Notes: a model not told the origin generated them from the letters alone. Shown: positions 9,657 to 19,934, counted from the stretch's first letter. The stretch is 64,000 bases of DNA from Nitrospirota bacterium (GCA_963703955.1 CAVPGK010000012.1:96001-160000), one strand, 5' to 3'. Numbers and translations are program-made.

Positions 9657-11554
9657 GAAGGCTGCACCTCTTCAGAGGGAGATTGGATCAGGTTCGGTTG
9701 ATTCTCGGACGCGTGTTCCATGAGCGGAATGCGATGCTCATCTCTCCGGCTGATCCAAAATAATAGTAAGACGGCAAACCAGAAGACCACCATGTTGAAC
9801 GTCACCATCTTCGCGGCAAACCCGAGAGAGGGCGTGAAGGCCCATGGCGACACATCCGGCATGATCTCGTTCACGTGCCAAGACTGTCGTCCCGATGACC
9901 GGATATAGCCCATCAATCCCATCACCCATGTAAAGGAAGCTGCCAACGCAAACAAGGCCAGCATGCCTCGAGTGGAGATCTTTCCCCACTCAACCGGCCC
10001 GTGAATGATGGCCCCCCGCATCATGCTTCGATTCAATAAGAGCCCTCCGATGAGGACGGTGCACGTGGTAAAGGCCTGCGGCCAGGAGAGCCCCACCCGC
10101 ACACTCGCCGGTACGTAAAACCCATAGACCGCAAGCCAGATAATGTTGGCGATGCCGGTGCCGAAGAGAACCCCCAGCGCAATGTTTCCCGCGGAGGCCC
10201 AAGGGACGACCATTGTCCGGTTCGCTCGCCGATAGAAAAGATAGCTCAGCACCGTGAGGCAAATCATCACATTGATCGCCCCGTTCTTCGAGGACATCAC
10301 GCCATAATTCCCGATGACCGGATGCTGGGCCCCGCCCATGGCTTTGACTTCGCTCGCCGACATCACCAGGGTATGAGGGGTCAGCCAGACACAGAGACAC
10401 GCGATGAGGGCATACACCAAATACTTGAGATGATGCTGATATCGCTCCCCACCGCGGATTCGTCCCATGCTTTGCCACATATAGTAATTGACGCCCAAGA
10501 ACAATACCCCCACCAACAACGCCTGGACCACGAACAGCCAGGTCAGCAATCCCCCCATCATGGTCATGCCCATGCTCTGTCGGAACGCATAGACCGAGCG
10601 CATCAGCCAATAGCCGGCAAACGGCATCGGCAGCAGCGCACAGACGGTCACGAATAAGAAGACATACCCGACCCAGTCGTAGTAGGCGCGTTCGTCATCC
10701 GATCTGCTGGTTAGGAAACGGTACGAGGCGTATGCGATCACCACCGCTCCCCCCGACATCAAATCCGCCAAGAACCGGTGGACGTTGAGCGGGTTCCATA
10801 AGGCCGAATGCAGCAGGTGCCAGACATTGCCCAGGTAACGTCCGTGGTCGTCCACACCCGCCGGCGACATCATGAAGGCGGCCCAGGCATTCACCAGTAA
10901 GAGCAGTACGGCTCCGCATCCGTTCGCCACGACGCCGAGCGCGGCATGCACCCATTTTGACGCAGGTGTGCTGAGAGCGTCCCAACTGTAGTAGTACGCG
11001 ACCAGCAAGATCGTCTCGCCGAGGAAGACTAGGGCATAGAGGGGCATCATCGACTTGAAGGTGCCCCCCATGTAATTCATGAAGCTCGGGTAGAGCCCGA
11101 TAAACACACCCAGCATGATGCTGCCGACGACGGCCGTCAATGAAAGAGCCAGCAGCGCGACCTTCAGGAAATCGTGAGCCAGCCGGTCGTATCGTACCGC
11201 AGTGGACCGGTCTCGCGTGATCAGTCCCACAAACTCGATAATCACGCAGAAGATCGGCAGCGCGAGGACAAAGCCGCCGAAATACGTATGCTGCTGCGTC
11301 ACGAACCACAGCAGAATTCTGTTGTCCAGAGAGCCATAGCGCGGATAGACCATCGATTCCGAAGACGGCGCCGCCGGTCCGCTCGGTGTCCCGTTGGTCT
11401 TGTAATACACATCCTTGGCGGTTTGCGTCGCCTCGTGCGCAGACGTATCGATCGCCCCGCCTATGAAACCGATGAGGAGTACGGAGCAGAAGATCACCCG
11501 GACGATAGTCGGCATCATGACACCGCGTGCCCGCCTGCCCCGCAGCATCTCCAT
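9653..11554 (-). CDS. Cytochrome bd-like oxidase subunit I (CydA-like), copy 2
   Basis: Paralogue of 4159..6096 (QQHTYFGGF, NVHRFLAD, MGGAQHPVIGNYGVMS); GRQSW matches the CydA GRQPW motif. Confidence 0.88.
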   Translation of the reverse strand: MEMLRGRRARGVMMPTIVRVIFCSVLLIGFIGGAIDTSAHEATQTAKDVYYKTNGTPSGPAAPSSESMVYPRYGSLDNRILLWFVTQQHTYFGGFVLALPIFCVIIEFVGLITRDRSTAVRYDRLAHDFLKVALLALSLTAVVGSIMLGVFIGLYPSFMNYMGGTFKSMMPLYALVFLGETILLVAYYYSWDALSTPASKWVHAALGVVANGCGAVLLLLVNAWAAFMMSPAGVDDHGRYLGNVWHLLHSALWNPLNVHRFLADLMSGGAVVIAYASYRFLTSRSDDERAYYDWVGYVFLFVTVCALLPMPFAGYWLMRSVYAFRQSMGMTMMGGLLTWLFVVQALLVGVLFLGVNYYMWQSMGRIRGGERYQHHLKYLVYALIACLCVWLTPHTLVMSASEVKAMGGAQHPVIGNYGVMSSKNGAINVMICLTVLSYLFYRRANRTMVVPWASAGNIALGVLFGTGIANIIWLAVYGFYVPASVRVGLSWPQAFTTCTVLIGGLLLNRSMMRGAIIHGPVEWGKISTRGMLALFALAASFTWVMGLMGYIRSSGRQSWHVNEIMPDVSPWAFTPSLGFAAKMVTFNMVVFWFAVLLLFWISRRDEHRIPLMEHASENQPNLIQSPSEEVQPS

Positions 11555-12702
11555 CAGCTTCGCCTTCCTGATTCACCCAACGCCATCTCCGTTGGGGAAA
11601 GGATCTTGTCATGGCTTCCTCGGCCATTCTTCGAGAGGATGCCCATGACGAAAGGACAACGCAGTAGCGATGACGGAACGGTCTGTTGAATGCGGTCCTC
11701 GTGATGACGGCGATGTCCCAGGTAATAGCCGTAGAGCGCCATCAGACCGGTAACCAACCCGGCCATCAGACCTTGACCCCACAGCGCCGCTTCCTGCTTC
11801 AGCACGAACAGGACGATGCCTAAGACCACCAGATAATACGTGGCCCCGAAGGCCAGCCCAGGCCACCACCAGAACTGAAAAAGCTCCGCCCAACCGACTC
11901 CCGTCAGCCCGTCCGGCCGGCCGTCGAAACGCCCCTCTCCAGCGAGGTATGTCGCCAATGCAATACTCCCCGCCACCCCGGTGACGAGGATGAATTGGGC
12001 CAACTCGCTTCGTCCTGCCTCGCCTAGAAGCGCAAGCCCGACTGCCGACAGGAAGCCGGCCGCCCCCGAGAGGAGCACCCAGGGCGCGAGCCGCCGGGGC
12101 TGCTCGAAGATGAGCGCGCGCAACGGCGCGCCATGAGGAAACGTCAGAACCGGATCGCCACGTTGCTGAAGTTTTCTGACGTGCCCGATCTCGAAGGCGT
12201 CGCGTGCCACGGAGGTACAGGCAATGATGACGGCCATCATGGCGGGACCGTCCGGATGACGGAGGAAATCATAGTGAGCCAGGACTCTCAGGAGAGCCAG
12301 AACCAGCAGTGATAGTTGAATGCCATACACGAATCCAATCCAACCGATGACCCAACTTAACTTCTTGAGGCCGTCTTGTTGCCAGAGCAACGAGACAGGA
12401 GCTTCGCGCCCCATCCGATATGCCCACGCCGCGGCGAGGGCCGAAATCAACCCACTGACCCCGAGCAACAGCAACGGATCGGAGAGCGGATCGACCTGCT
12501 TGATGACTCGGAAGGTGGCAAACGCCACCAAGCCCGGAACGAGCATGACCAGTCGTTTTCGTTTTCGAACCTGCGCCTCGGTGACCGACAAGGTCAGACT
12601 CGGTAGGACGCGGAGGGCAAGCCTGTGGAGCATAGACAACCTAACGATAAACGCAGAATGATGAAGGAAAAACAGACTCCAAGACTTTCTCCAGGTATCC
12701 AT
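11554..12702 (-). CDS. Polytopic membrane protein, unknown function
   Basis: About 9-10 hydrophobic segments; abuts the downstream gene. Alternative start at 12633. Confidence 0.75.
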   Translation of the reverse strand: MDTWRKSWSLFFLHHSAFIVRLSMLHRLALRVLPSLTLSVTEAQVRKRKRLVMLVPGLVAFATFRVIKQVDPLSDPLLLLGVSGLISALAAAWAYRMGREAPVSLLWQQDGLKKLSWVIGWIGFVYGIQLSLLVLALLRVLAHYDFLRHPDGPAMMAVIIACTSVARDAFEIGHVRKLQQRGDPVLTFPHGAPLRALIFEQPRRLAPWVLLSGAAGFLSAVGLALLGEAGRSELAQFILVTGVAGSIALATYLAGEGRFDGRPDGLTGVGWAELFQFWWWPGLAFGATYYLVVLGIVLFVLKQEAALWGQGLMAGLVTGLMALYGYYLGHRRHHEDRIQQTVPSSLLRCPFVMGILSKNGRGSHDKILSPTEMALGESGRRS

Positions 12703-12705
12703 TTC

Positions 12706-13221
12706 TCATCGTTCATCACTCATGGACTTGGAAGCGAACAGGCCGAAATATCGCGCCTTCACCTCTTCCATCAATAGGATCGTCACCTTGGACTCCCCCC
12801 GATCCAACGCGGTGCGCTCCAGTTCCATGCGCGCCATCGTTCGCACCGGGGCCGGTATCTTGTCCAGCCGCTGTTCGGCGTCGAGGTCCCAAGACACCGT
12901 GGCGCCTTGTCGAGCTTGGGCCAATGACGCGAAGGTAACGACCCGCTGCCCCTTCACCCTGGCAAACTCTTCGGCCTCGTGTTTGACCAACGGCGAGACA
13001 TACGGAGGCATTCGATCCAGAGCATGCCGCGCATCATCCGTCCACATCAATCGATCCACAAAACGGATCGCTTCCCCGTCGGGCGCGAAGGCCCCCAGGC
13101 GGAAACCGCACGCCCGGCACTCGGACCGGACCAACCAGCACGGCGATCCGGACTCGTCTGTGTGCTCATCGACCCCCTCGGTATGCATCAAATGGCCGCA
13201 ACCACAGATAATCATTGCCAT
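12706..13221 (-). CDS. Protein with an N-terminal CxCxH/CxxC metal-binding motif and two PCP_red-like (BchB C-terminal) repeats
   Basis: CGCGH...CRAC, followed by repeats WTDDARHALDRMPPYV and WDLDAEQRLDKIPAPVR. Confidence 0.75.
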   Translation of the reverse strand: MAMIICGCGHLMHTEGVDEHTDESGSPCWLVRSECRACGFRLGAFAPDGEAIRFVDRLMWTDDARHALDRMPPYVSPLVKHEAEEFARVKGQRVVTFASLAQARQGATVSWDLDAEQRLDKIPAPVRTMARMELERTALDRGESKVTILLMEEVKARYFGLFASKSMSDER

Positions 13222-13254
13222 CCGTTTTTCCCTGATGTTCAACAGGGCTCATTA

Positions 13255-13340
13255 CACCCGCCCACCCCAGGCGCGCCAAGACGCGCCCCTTCCCGTACGA
13301 GGCCGCAGCCGTAGAAACCTCGCAGGCGTACCCTGCGGGA
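13255..13340 (+). repeat. CCAAGA-hairpin repeat unit joined to a MITE core fragment
   Basis: cacccgcccaccccaGGCGCGccaagaCGCGCCccttcccgt followed by GAGGCCGCAG-N15-AGGCGTAC, which is shared with the element at 46681. Confidence 0.85.
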
Positions 13341-13396
13341 GCGAAGGATAAGGCGGATAGGTGCACCCGGACGAGAAAACCTTGTCCACATCCTGC

Positions 13397-14113
13397 TTAA
13401 CCGATCTTTCCGGGATAGAGGATGTACAGCATCGTATACGTGACACTGCCGGTTACGAAGAGGACACAATAAACGACCATCGTGAAACGACCCAGTACGC
13501 GGTGCCGTCGTTCACCGTTCGGCCAGATTCGCTGGATCACAATCTCCACCGCAAACACAATCGCGACCAACACCAACAGCCCGAGATAGACCACTAATTT
13601 GCGGGAAGAAAACCCCGCCGTGGCGACGCGTGAAAGAAAGAGCAACAGAACCAGGGCGGTAACTCCTCCGAAGATCGTTCCGATCTTTGCCCAGGACGTC
13701 TGCAAAAGCCCGCTCCGCAATGTCCGCCGCCCTCCGTTGGTCGTCTGCGCGCGGAATCCAAGCACAATCATGTAGACCGCCATCACCAAGCCGACGACGA
13801 CCAGCATAATATGGAACGTCAGGAGCGGAATGAAGACGCGATCGTAGAGCGCCTGCGAGCCACCGAACCCTGCCTTCCCCTCAAATGCCAATACGCCCAA
13901 TTTCCGAAAAAGATAATAGCTGACGAAGAACGCCAGCATCGCTCCCATCCCTCCCAACATCAACCAATGGTGGTTGGTTCCTTGCTGCTTCTTAGCCTGA
14001 ACCCAACCGATTATGAACAGGAAGGTAAACAATGCCGCCATGGTCTGGCTCAGATCCGCTCCAATTGTCGCGTGCGTGCCGAAAAACCCAGGTTGCTTAA
14101 GCCATTCCTCCAT
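13397..14113 (-). CDS. DUF420-family membrane protein
   Basis: HHWLM, FHIML and RHRVLGRFTMVVY...TG..TY motifs typical of DUF420. Confidence 0.8.
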   Translation of the reverse strand: MEEWLKQPGFFGTHATIGADLSQTMAALFTFLFIIGWVQAKKQQGTNHHWLMLGGMGAMLAFFVSYYLFRKLGVLAFEGKAGFGGSQALYDRVFIPLLTFHIMLVVVGLVMAVYMIVLGFRAQTTNGGRRTLRSGLLQTSWAKIGTIFGGVTALVLLLFLSRVATAGFSSRKLVVYLGLLVLVAIVFAVEIVIQRIWPNGERRHRVLGRFTMVVYCVLFVTGSVTYTMLYILYPGKIG

Positions 14114-14128
14114 AAATCGACGATCTCC

Positions 14129-15112
14129 TTAGTCCTGTTTGATCCCTTGAATGACCGCGGTCCGTTCAATTTCAGTGACAGACTGAAATCCGGCCCGAAC
14201 CATCCATTGTGTTGCGTCGGAAACGCGATAGCAGCGGCCCCGCTCCGTGTTCACCAGAATGTGAACGGCGAAGGCCGCTACCCATGCCGGAGCCGTCCCT
14301 GTCTCGTCGAGGAATCGATCTTTGATGATCAACCGCCCCCCCTCTTCAAGATGACCGAATACCTTCCTCACCAGCGCCGCGTTCGCTTCGGGCCCTTGGT
14401 AATGGAGAATGTCGGACATCAGCACGGCCTCGTAGGGCCCTCCCAACGAATCCCGGTTGAAATCTCCGGCGCGTAACTCGATTCTGGATTCGAGGTTCGC
14501 CTCCTTCACCATCCGCTCGGCCATCTTCAGCGTCTGGGGCAAATCAAACACCGTGGCCCGTATGCGGGGATACATGCGACAGAAGGTGATCGCGTTCGTT
14601 GCGGCCCCGCCTCCCAAATCGAGAAGTCGTTGTACTCCGTCCAGCTTCAATCGCTTGGCGAGTTCCGGTCCGCTCTGCTGTCCGATTCGATCCAAGACAG
14701 AGAGGACGCTCGCTCCCAATTCCGGATCGGTTTCGAATACATGGCGATTCACCGGTGAATGTCCGGTCCGAACCGTTTCTTCCAGCTTGCCCCAATTTTG
14801 CCACTCGGCATCATGGAGCAGCAACAGATGCCCGACGTAGTTCGGCGACGTCCTGATCAAATGCATGGTTCCGACCTGCGTATTTTCAAACCGGTCGGTC
14901 TTCTTCCCTAGGACTCTCATGGCCACCAGAGCGTTCATCACGATTCCAAGGATTTCCGCATTGGCTCCGATCCGCTTCGCCACCTCGTCGACAGTGAGGG
15001 CTTTGGTGTCAAGGACTGTAAAGAGATCCAGCTTGACCGCCGTCAGCAGAATCTTGGTTTCCCAGTAGTAGCCAAGCTCGAAAATATCGGCAAGGGAGAG
15101 CTCACGTGGCAC
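14129..15112 (-). CDS. SAM-dependent O-methyltransferase (Methyltransf_2 with dimerisation domain)
   Basis: TAVKLDLF N-terminus, LLDLGGG, VFDLP, AGDF, ILH. Confidence 0.9.
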   Translation of the reverse strand: MPRELSLADIFELGYYWETKILLTAVKLDLFTVLDTKALTVDEVAKRIGANAEILGIVMNALVAMRVLGKKTDRFENTQVGTMHLIRTSPNYVGHLLLLHDAEWQNWGKLEETVRTGHSPVNRHVFETDPELGASVLSVLDRIGQQSGPELAKRLKLDGVQRLLDLGGGAATNAITFCRMYPRIRATVFDLPQTLKMAERMVKEANLESRIELRAGDFNRDSLGGPYEAVLMSDILHYQGPEANAALVRKVFGHLEEGGRLIIKDRFLDETGTAPAWVAAFAVHILVNTERGRCYRVSDATQWMVRAGFQSVTEIERTAVIQGIKQD

Positions 15113-15114
15113 TA

Positions 15115-15190
15115 TTCCACCCGCCCATACCCTTCACCTGCCGTTGCACCCGTCCAATCCCCGGGCACGCCAAGACGTGCCCTTCTCCTT
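15115..15190 (+). repeat. Diverged CCAAGA-hairpin repeat
   Basis: cacccgccc leaders and hairpin GGGCACG-CCAAGA-CGTGCCC (15163-15182). Confidence 0.75.
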
Positions 15191-15402
15191 TCCGCAGTCC
15201 TCAACAGCGTTCAAGGTCAATGAATTTTTGATATTACTCAGTTCAATCTCAGAAACGCAAGAAGGGAAAGGGGTTGTCAAAGCGGATCGGACGCGCGCAG
15301 GTGGAGGAAGTCCGTTACCGGAGGTAGAAAGACAGCAGTTGATCTTCAGTCGGGGAGTTTTCCAAACAGGGAACGAGCGTGAAGCTTTTACAGCGGTCCC
15401 AC

Positions 15403-15444
15403 AAATGAAAAGGGCAACGGCCGGATGCCCGGCCGCTGCCCTTT
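15403..15444 (-). terminator. Probable intrinsic terminator after the 15484 gene
   Basis: Minus strand AAAGGGCAGCGGCCGG-gcat-CCGGCCGTTGCCCTTTT. Confidence 0.7.
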
Positions 15445-15483
15445 GAAGGCTGGCCACGAAGAAGCCTTCGCCGCAGCGAGAAG

Positions 15484-16275
15484 TTACTTCTTTTTGATCT
15501 CGAACTTGGCCTGAGCGCTGCCTCCCTCCGGCACATCCACTTCAGCCTCGACCTTGCCGGCAAATGGATGCCAGGCGACCAGCTTGTGCTTGCCGGCCGG
15601 AATGTCCTTGATTTCGAACGTGCCGTCTTCCTTCACGACTGCATAGTGCGGGTTCGACACCGGGAGGAAGAAGCTTTGCATGAACTCATGTTGGTCGCAC
15701 TGCAACCGGAACATGGAGCCCTGCTTGTCCTTGCGCAGGACCACCGGCTTGTCCAGTTTCGATCCTTTTTCCGCGAGACCGATGTTGAACACGGTGCTGG
15801 AGCTGGGTCCCAGCACTTCAAAGGAGTGGGGGTTGTGCAACACACCCTTCACCGACTTCGGGTCATCCGGATCGTTATCGTGGTTCTCCACATGGAAGTT
15901 TTTCTGCTTGACGACCACACCGGTATAGGGCAGAAATTCACAAAATTCCGCCACCACGTCGGTTCCCTTGTACCCATCCACAAAGGCCTTGTCCTCAACA
16001 TCCGTCACGGCTACCACGGCGGCCTTCAGCGCCCCGTCTTTGCCCACCTCAATCGTCGGCAGGATTCGCTTTTCCCCTCTGATCAGTTCCTTCTTGGGGA
16101 TCTTCGGGCAGAACTTCGGATTGGGGAACTTGGAGAACAGGAATTCCTTCTCCTCCGCCTTGCCGCTAAAGGTCACCTTCCCCGTGACCGTCCCTCCCGC
16201 GAAGGACGCAAGGGGTGCCAGTAGGAACGCCCCCATAACAAGCCCTGATGTGACCAGAAACACTCTCTTCTTCAT
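15484..16275 (-). CDS. Exported protein with a cupredoxin-like type-1 Cu motif inside a carboxypeptidase-regulatory-like beta domain (paralogue 3)
   Basis: Signal peptide MKKRVF; FLP...N.D...LHN...CDQHEFM; C-terminal DGTFEIKDIPAG...AWHP. AAGGAGG RBS before ATG 16275. Confidence 0.8.
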   Translation of the reverse strand: MKKRVFLVTSGLVMGAFLLAPLASFAGGTVTGKVTFSGKAEEKEFLFSKFPNPKFCPKIPKKELIRGEKRILPTIEVGKDGALKAAVVAVTDVEDKAFVDGYKGTDVVAEFCEFLPYTGVVVKQKNFHVENHDNDPDDPKSVKGVLHNPHSFEVLGPSSSTVFNIGLAEKGSKLDKPVVLRKDKQGSMFRLQCDQHEFMQSFFLPVSNPHYAVVKEDGTFEIKDIPAGKHKLVAWHPFAGKVEAEVDVPEGGSAQAKFEIKKK

Positions 16276-16479
16276 GGTACTGCCTCCTTGTGATTGAAAC
16301 GATAGGTCATAATACCTCATGATTTACAGCCCGGACCATCACTCGCGTGATCCAATCCTACGTACTCCGAGCCAGCGTGATTTCGGAGGGAGAGGCGATG
16401 CCATTGAACGTTTCGCGCTCGATGAAAACCCGTTGGTCCGACAGTCCTGGAGGGGCCGTCCTAGAGGTTGAGAATGATC

Positions 16480-16509
16480 CTTATAGCAGTAACCGACAAC
16501 GGGTGTCAA
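16480..16509 (-). promoter_or_regulatory. Possible sigma70 promoter
   Basis: TTGACA, 18 nt, TATAAG with an extended-10 TG. Confidence 0.45.
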
Positions 16510-16530
16510 GGAGAATTCGCCGGCGTCCTA

Positions 16531-17913
16531 TTACCGTTTTTTCAATGGCTTGTCGTGAATATCGGCAGGCGTTAGTATCCGGCCCAACGCGCCGCCCGCC
16601 GTTGCCCGGACGGCTTCATCCTGGTCATGGAGGGCTTCCTTCAATAGAGGGGCGACCGTCTCCTTGCCGATGTGGCCAAGCGCGCGCGCGGCCGCAATAC
16701 GAGGACGAGGCAGCGGATCAGCCAGAAGGACACGCAACGCCTCGATCGCTTCCAGATCCTGGCTTCTTGCCAACGCTCTCGCCGCCGTCGCTCGCAGACC
16801 TGGATCGGGGTTTTGAGTCAACTCCCGAACCACCTCGCGCACGTCTTGGTACGGAGCGCCCAGATGCAGCAGCGCAGAGATGGTCGCTGCGCGGACCGCC
16901 GGATTGGCATCCTGCAGAGCGCTCTTTAGAGCGGGCGCTGACTCGGGTACTTGAAGTTCTCCCAGGCTCACAGCCGCCACCGCTCGAACCGCGGGAACGG
17001 GATCACTCAAGAGCGTCGCAAGTGCGGTCCCATTTGCTGGATCCGCCAGGTCACCGAGTGCCGCCGCCGCGGCACCCCGTACCGACGGCTGATTGTCCCC
17101 CAATGCCTTCTGCAGTATCGGAAGAGCCTCACGGTCACGAAGATCGCCCAGCATGCGGAGCCCCGCCGCGCGTTCCTCAGGGTTTCTAGACTCAGCCGCC
17201 TCACGGACATGGGACAGCGCCTCAGTCCGGCCAAGCTTGACCAGCCCACCGGCGGCCGCCACCCGAACGGTCGCCTGTTCATCATTGAGGGCAGCTTCCA
17301 TCAGAGGAATATTCGAAGGATCCTGTGACCGTCCCAGCGCCTTCAACGCCGCTGCACGCACGATTGCAGCCTGATCTCCCACTGCTTTCCGGAGGCGAGG
17401 AGACCGGCGGCCTGCGGGAAGCCTTCCCAACCCTTCTACGGCAAGCGCACGGACCAAACCGGCTCCATCGCTCAACCCATCCTCCAAGTACGGGATGGTC
17501 TCGTCAGATTCCAATTCCTTCAGCGCCGTGTAGGCCGCCCCGCGCATCTGCTCCCGCATATCGGTCAGCAATGGCGTGATAAAGCCAACGGCCACCTCGC
17601 GCAACAGTGGTCTATCATCCGACCGAGTCAATGCGATCAGCCGTTCATATTCCACCAGCGCCTCTTTCGGCCTCTCAAGACGAACCAAGCTCTGCACCTT
17701 GAGACGCCGCGCATCGAGAGGACCACCGTCGGTGCCAACAACGGTTCGAGCAACTGGAGCGTCCGCTCAAACTGCTTGCGGTCAAAGGCCAGCCGAGCCT
17801 CTTTGAGTGGGTCTGCCTGCGCAGACGGCTCTGAAACGGCCACGACTGGTCCGAGAGCAGAGCACAGCAAGGCCAGAGCCTTGCACAGCTCTCCGGCGGA
17901 TGATCAATAGCAC
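16531..17913 (-). CDS. Exported HEAT-repeat (PBS lyase-like) protein; 5' part frameshifted
   Basis: About 10 VRxAAAxALG repeats. The signal/TPR-like N-terminus lies in other frames (ORF 17637..17870; GTG 17913 with GGAGG). Confidence 0.8.
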
Positions 17914-17981
17914 TCGTGCGGTTCCTCCCCCAGAGGCGGGTAAGCTTCAAGATGAGACAGCGAGGATAAGCTCGGGCATCT

Positions 17982-18920
17982 TCATCGCTGACGTTCGACG
18001 AACGGGACGATCTCCAACGGTCGGCCCAAGATGCCCGCTCCGAACCGCGGATTTTCCATCACCTCATAGGCGGTCCGGTGTCCAAGGGGAGCCTGGAGGG
18101 AAAGATTCACCACCGCGAGCCCTTTCGGCGGCACGGTGACAATCCGTTCTTGAAACGGACCGGTCTGCGGATGCCAGGCGATCAGGCGGTAGGTTCCCGG
18201 CGGGACATGATCGATGGCAAACGCGCCAGTGGGATTCGTGATATCGTAATACGGATTCCTGACGACGAACGCCCAACTCTCCATAAACGCATGGAATCCG
18301 CACTGCATCACAAACACGCGGCGTCCCTTGGTCAGATGAATACGCTCCAGCATGGATGGACCGGGCAGGTGGCGATGGGTAGCGTGCAGATCTCCTCGTT
18401 TGTGATGCTCATTCATCGGAAGCGGAGAATTGAACAAGACGCGGGTCCCCAACTCGTAAGAAGTCTCATAGGCCTGGACATCGTGCATGATCGGGTCCAT
18501 GTTGACCACTTCCACGGCATGCTCATCACGGACCACAGTCACGAAGGGCCCGAAGATGCAGTCACGCGCCTCCACACGCGGGACGGAGAAATCGAAGGGT
18601 TTGCCGGCCTCGATCCCCTCCAACACCACGACAACATCCTTGAGCCCTTCGATGCCGCCTTCCTGACTCACCGTAAAGTCCCGGAGCAGCCTCCAGCCGC
18701 TCCCGTTTGAGATTCGACCACAATATTCCGGATCTGGAAAGGTCACGAGATTGAAGGCCTTCGGGGCCGGCGCCGGGCCTCTCAAGGTCACGATTCCCGT
18801 CACGGTTCCCCCGTTGTTGACATCCACCACTTCATACGCATGAGTCGATGGAACGAGGAGGGAACACAACGCCAGGCAGATCACGACCGTCGCAAGAGGC
18901 CGGCTCGGTAACCTGTTCAC
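17982..18920 (-). CDS. Exported cupredoxin-like/carboxypeptidase-regulatory-like protein (paralogue 2) with a His-rich loop
   Basis: Signal peptide; NMDPIMHD, HHKRGDLHATHRH, CGFHAFM, AWHP. Confidence 0.8.
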   Translation of the reverse strand: MNRLPSRPLATVVICLALCSLLVPSTHAYEVVDVNNGGTVTGIVTLRGPAPAPKAFNLVTFPDPEYCGRISNGSGWRLLRDFTVSQEGGIEGLKDVVVVLEGIEAGKPFDFSVPRVEARDCIFGPFVTVVRDEHAVEVVNMDPIMHDVQAYETSYELGTRVLFNSPLPMNEHHKRGDLHATHRHLPGPSMLERIHLTKGRRVFVMQCGFHAFMESWAFVVRNPYYDITNPTGAFAIDHVPPGTYRLIAWHPQTGPFQERIVTVPPKGLAVVNLSLQAPLGHRTAYEVMENPRFGAGILGRPLEIVPFVERQR

Positions 18921-18931
18921 ATCCGTCTCCC

Positions 18932-19864
18932 CTAGGGAATTTGACGTTCTAATGTCGGCAAGATTTCAACCGGCTTTCCTAACGATTCAAGGCCGAAATG
19001 GGGATTCTCCACCACTTCATGAGCGCTCCGGTGGCCCGTGGGAGCCTTAAACTCAAAATCGGCCGTCACGCTTCCTTTCGCCGGCACCGTGATCGTCCGT
19101 TCCAACGTCGGGCCGGTTTCTGGGTGCCATGCGACCATTGTGTATTCGCCCGGAGGGACATCCGACATGGAGAATGTGCCATCTTGACCCGTCACCGCAT
19201 AGTAGGGACTATCCACCGCCATTCCCCAGCTCACCATATACGCGTGAAACCCACACTGCATGACAAAGATTCGCCGGTCCTTGGTCATGTGGACGGTCTG
19301 GGTCATCGGCTCACCGGCCAAATGCTCATGGCTATGGGCGGTGACCTCCCGCTTGTGGTGCGGATTCATAGGCAGGGGAGTATTGAACAGCACTCGAGGT
19401 CCCAGATGCGACGTCTCGTACGCTTGGATGTCGTGCATCACTGGATCCATGTTGATGACGACTACTTGATCATGGTCACGCACCGTCGTGACGAACGGCA
19501 AGAATCGGCAATCCCGTGCTTCAATTCGAGGAGGGGTGAAGGTGAACGGCTTGCCTTTCGGCACTTCCGCCAGCCACACCACGACTTCTTTCAGTCCGCC
19601 GTCAGGGCTGGTAGTGAACTCTTCCAACAGGCGCCATCCCGTGCCGGTCGAGATCCTTCCGCAATAGACAGGGTCGGGAAACGTGATCAAGTTAAACCCT
19701 TTCGGGATCGGCTTCCCGCCGGTCAACGTGACCTTTCCAGTGACGGTGCCGCCGTCCGTCACGGTGACTTCTTCATAGGACCACGCCGGCCCCGCTATCA
19801 GACACGTCAGGAGAGCGAAGGTTGCAATCCATATTCTTGGAATTCTTGGGTTGAAAGAACGCAT
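18932..19864 (-). CDS. Exported cupredoxin-like/carboxypeptidase-regulatory-like protein (paralogue 1) with a His-rich loop
   Basis: GGAGGA RBS; NMDPVMHD, HHKREVTAHSHEH, CGFHAYM, AWHP. Confidence 0.8.
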   Translation of the reverse strand: MRSFNPRIPRIWIATFALLTCLIAGPAWSYEEVTVTDGGTVTGKVTLTGGKPIPKGFNLITFPDPVYCGRISTGTGWRLLEEFTTSPDGGLKEVVVWLAEVPKGKPFTFTPPRIEARDCRFLPFVTTVRDHDQVVVINMDPVMHDIQAYETSHLGPRVLFNTPLPMNPHHKREVTAHSHEHLAGEPMTQTVHMTKDRRIFVMQCGFHAYMVSWGMAVDSPYYAVTGQDGTFSMSDVPPGEYTMVAWHPETGPTLERTITVPAKGSVTADFEFKAPTGHRSAHEVVENPHFGLESLGKPVEILPTLERQIP

Positions 19865-19934
19865 ACATCCTCCGAATGCCTGTAGCCTTGAACGGATCAT
19901 TCACCTATTCCCAATAGTACCCAACGCATCGTGT

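Noticed and set aside
15215..15250. FNR or Fur box upstream of the methyltransferase
   Set aside because: AT-rich with only a half match (TTGAT-N4-CTCAG), which is insufficient.
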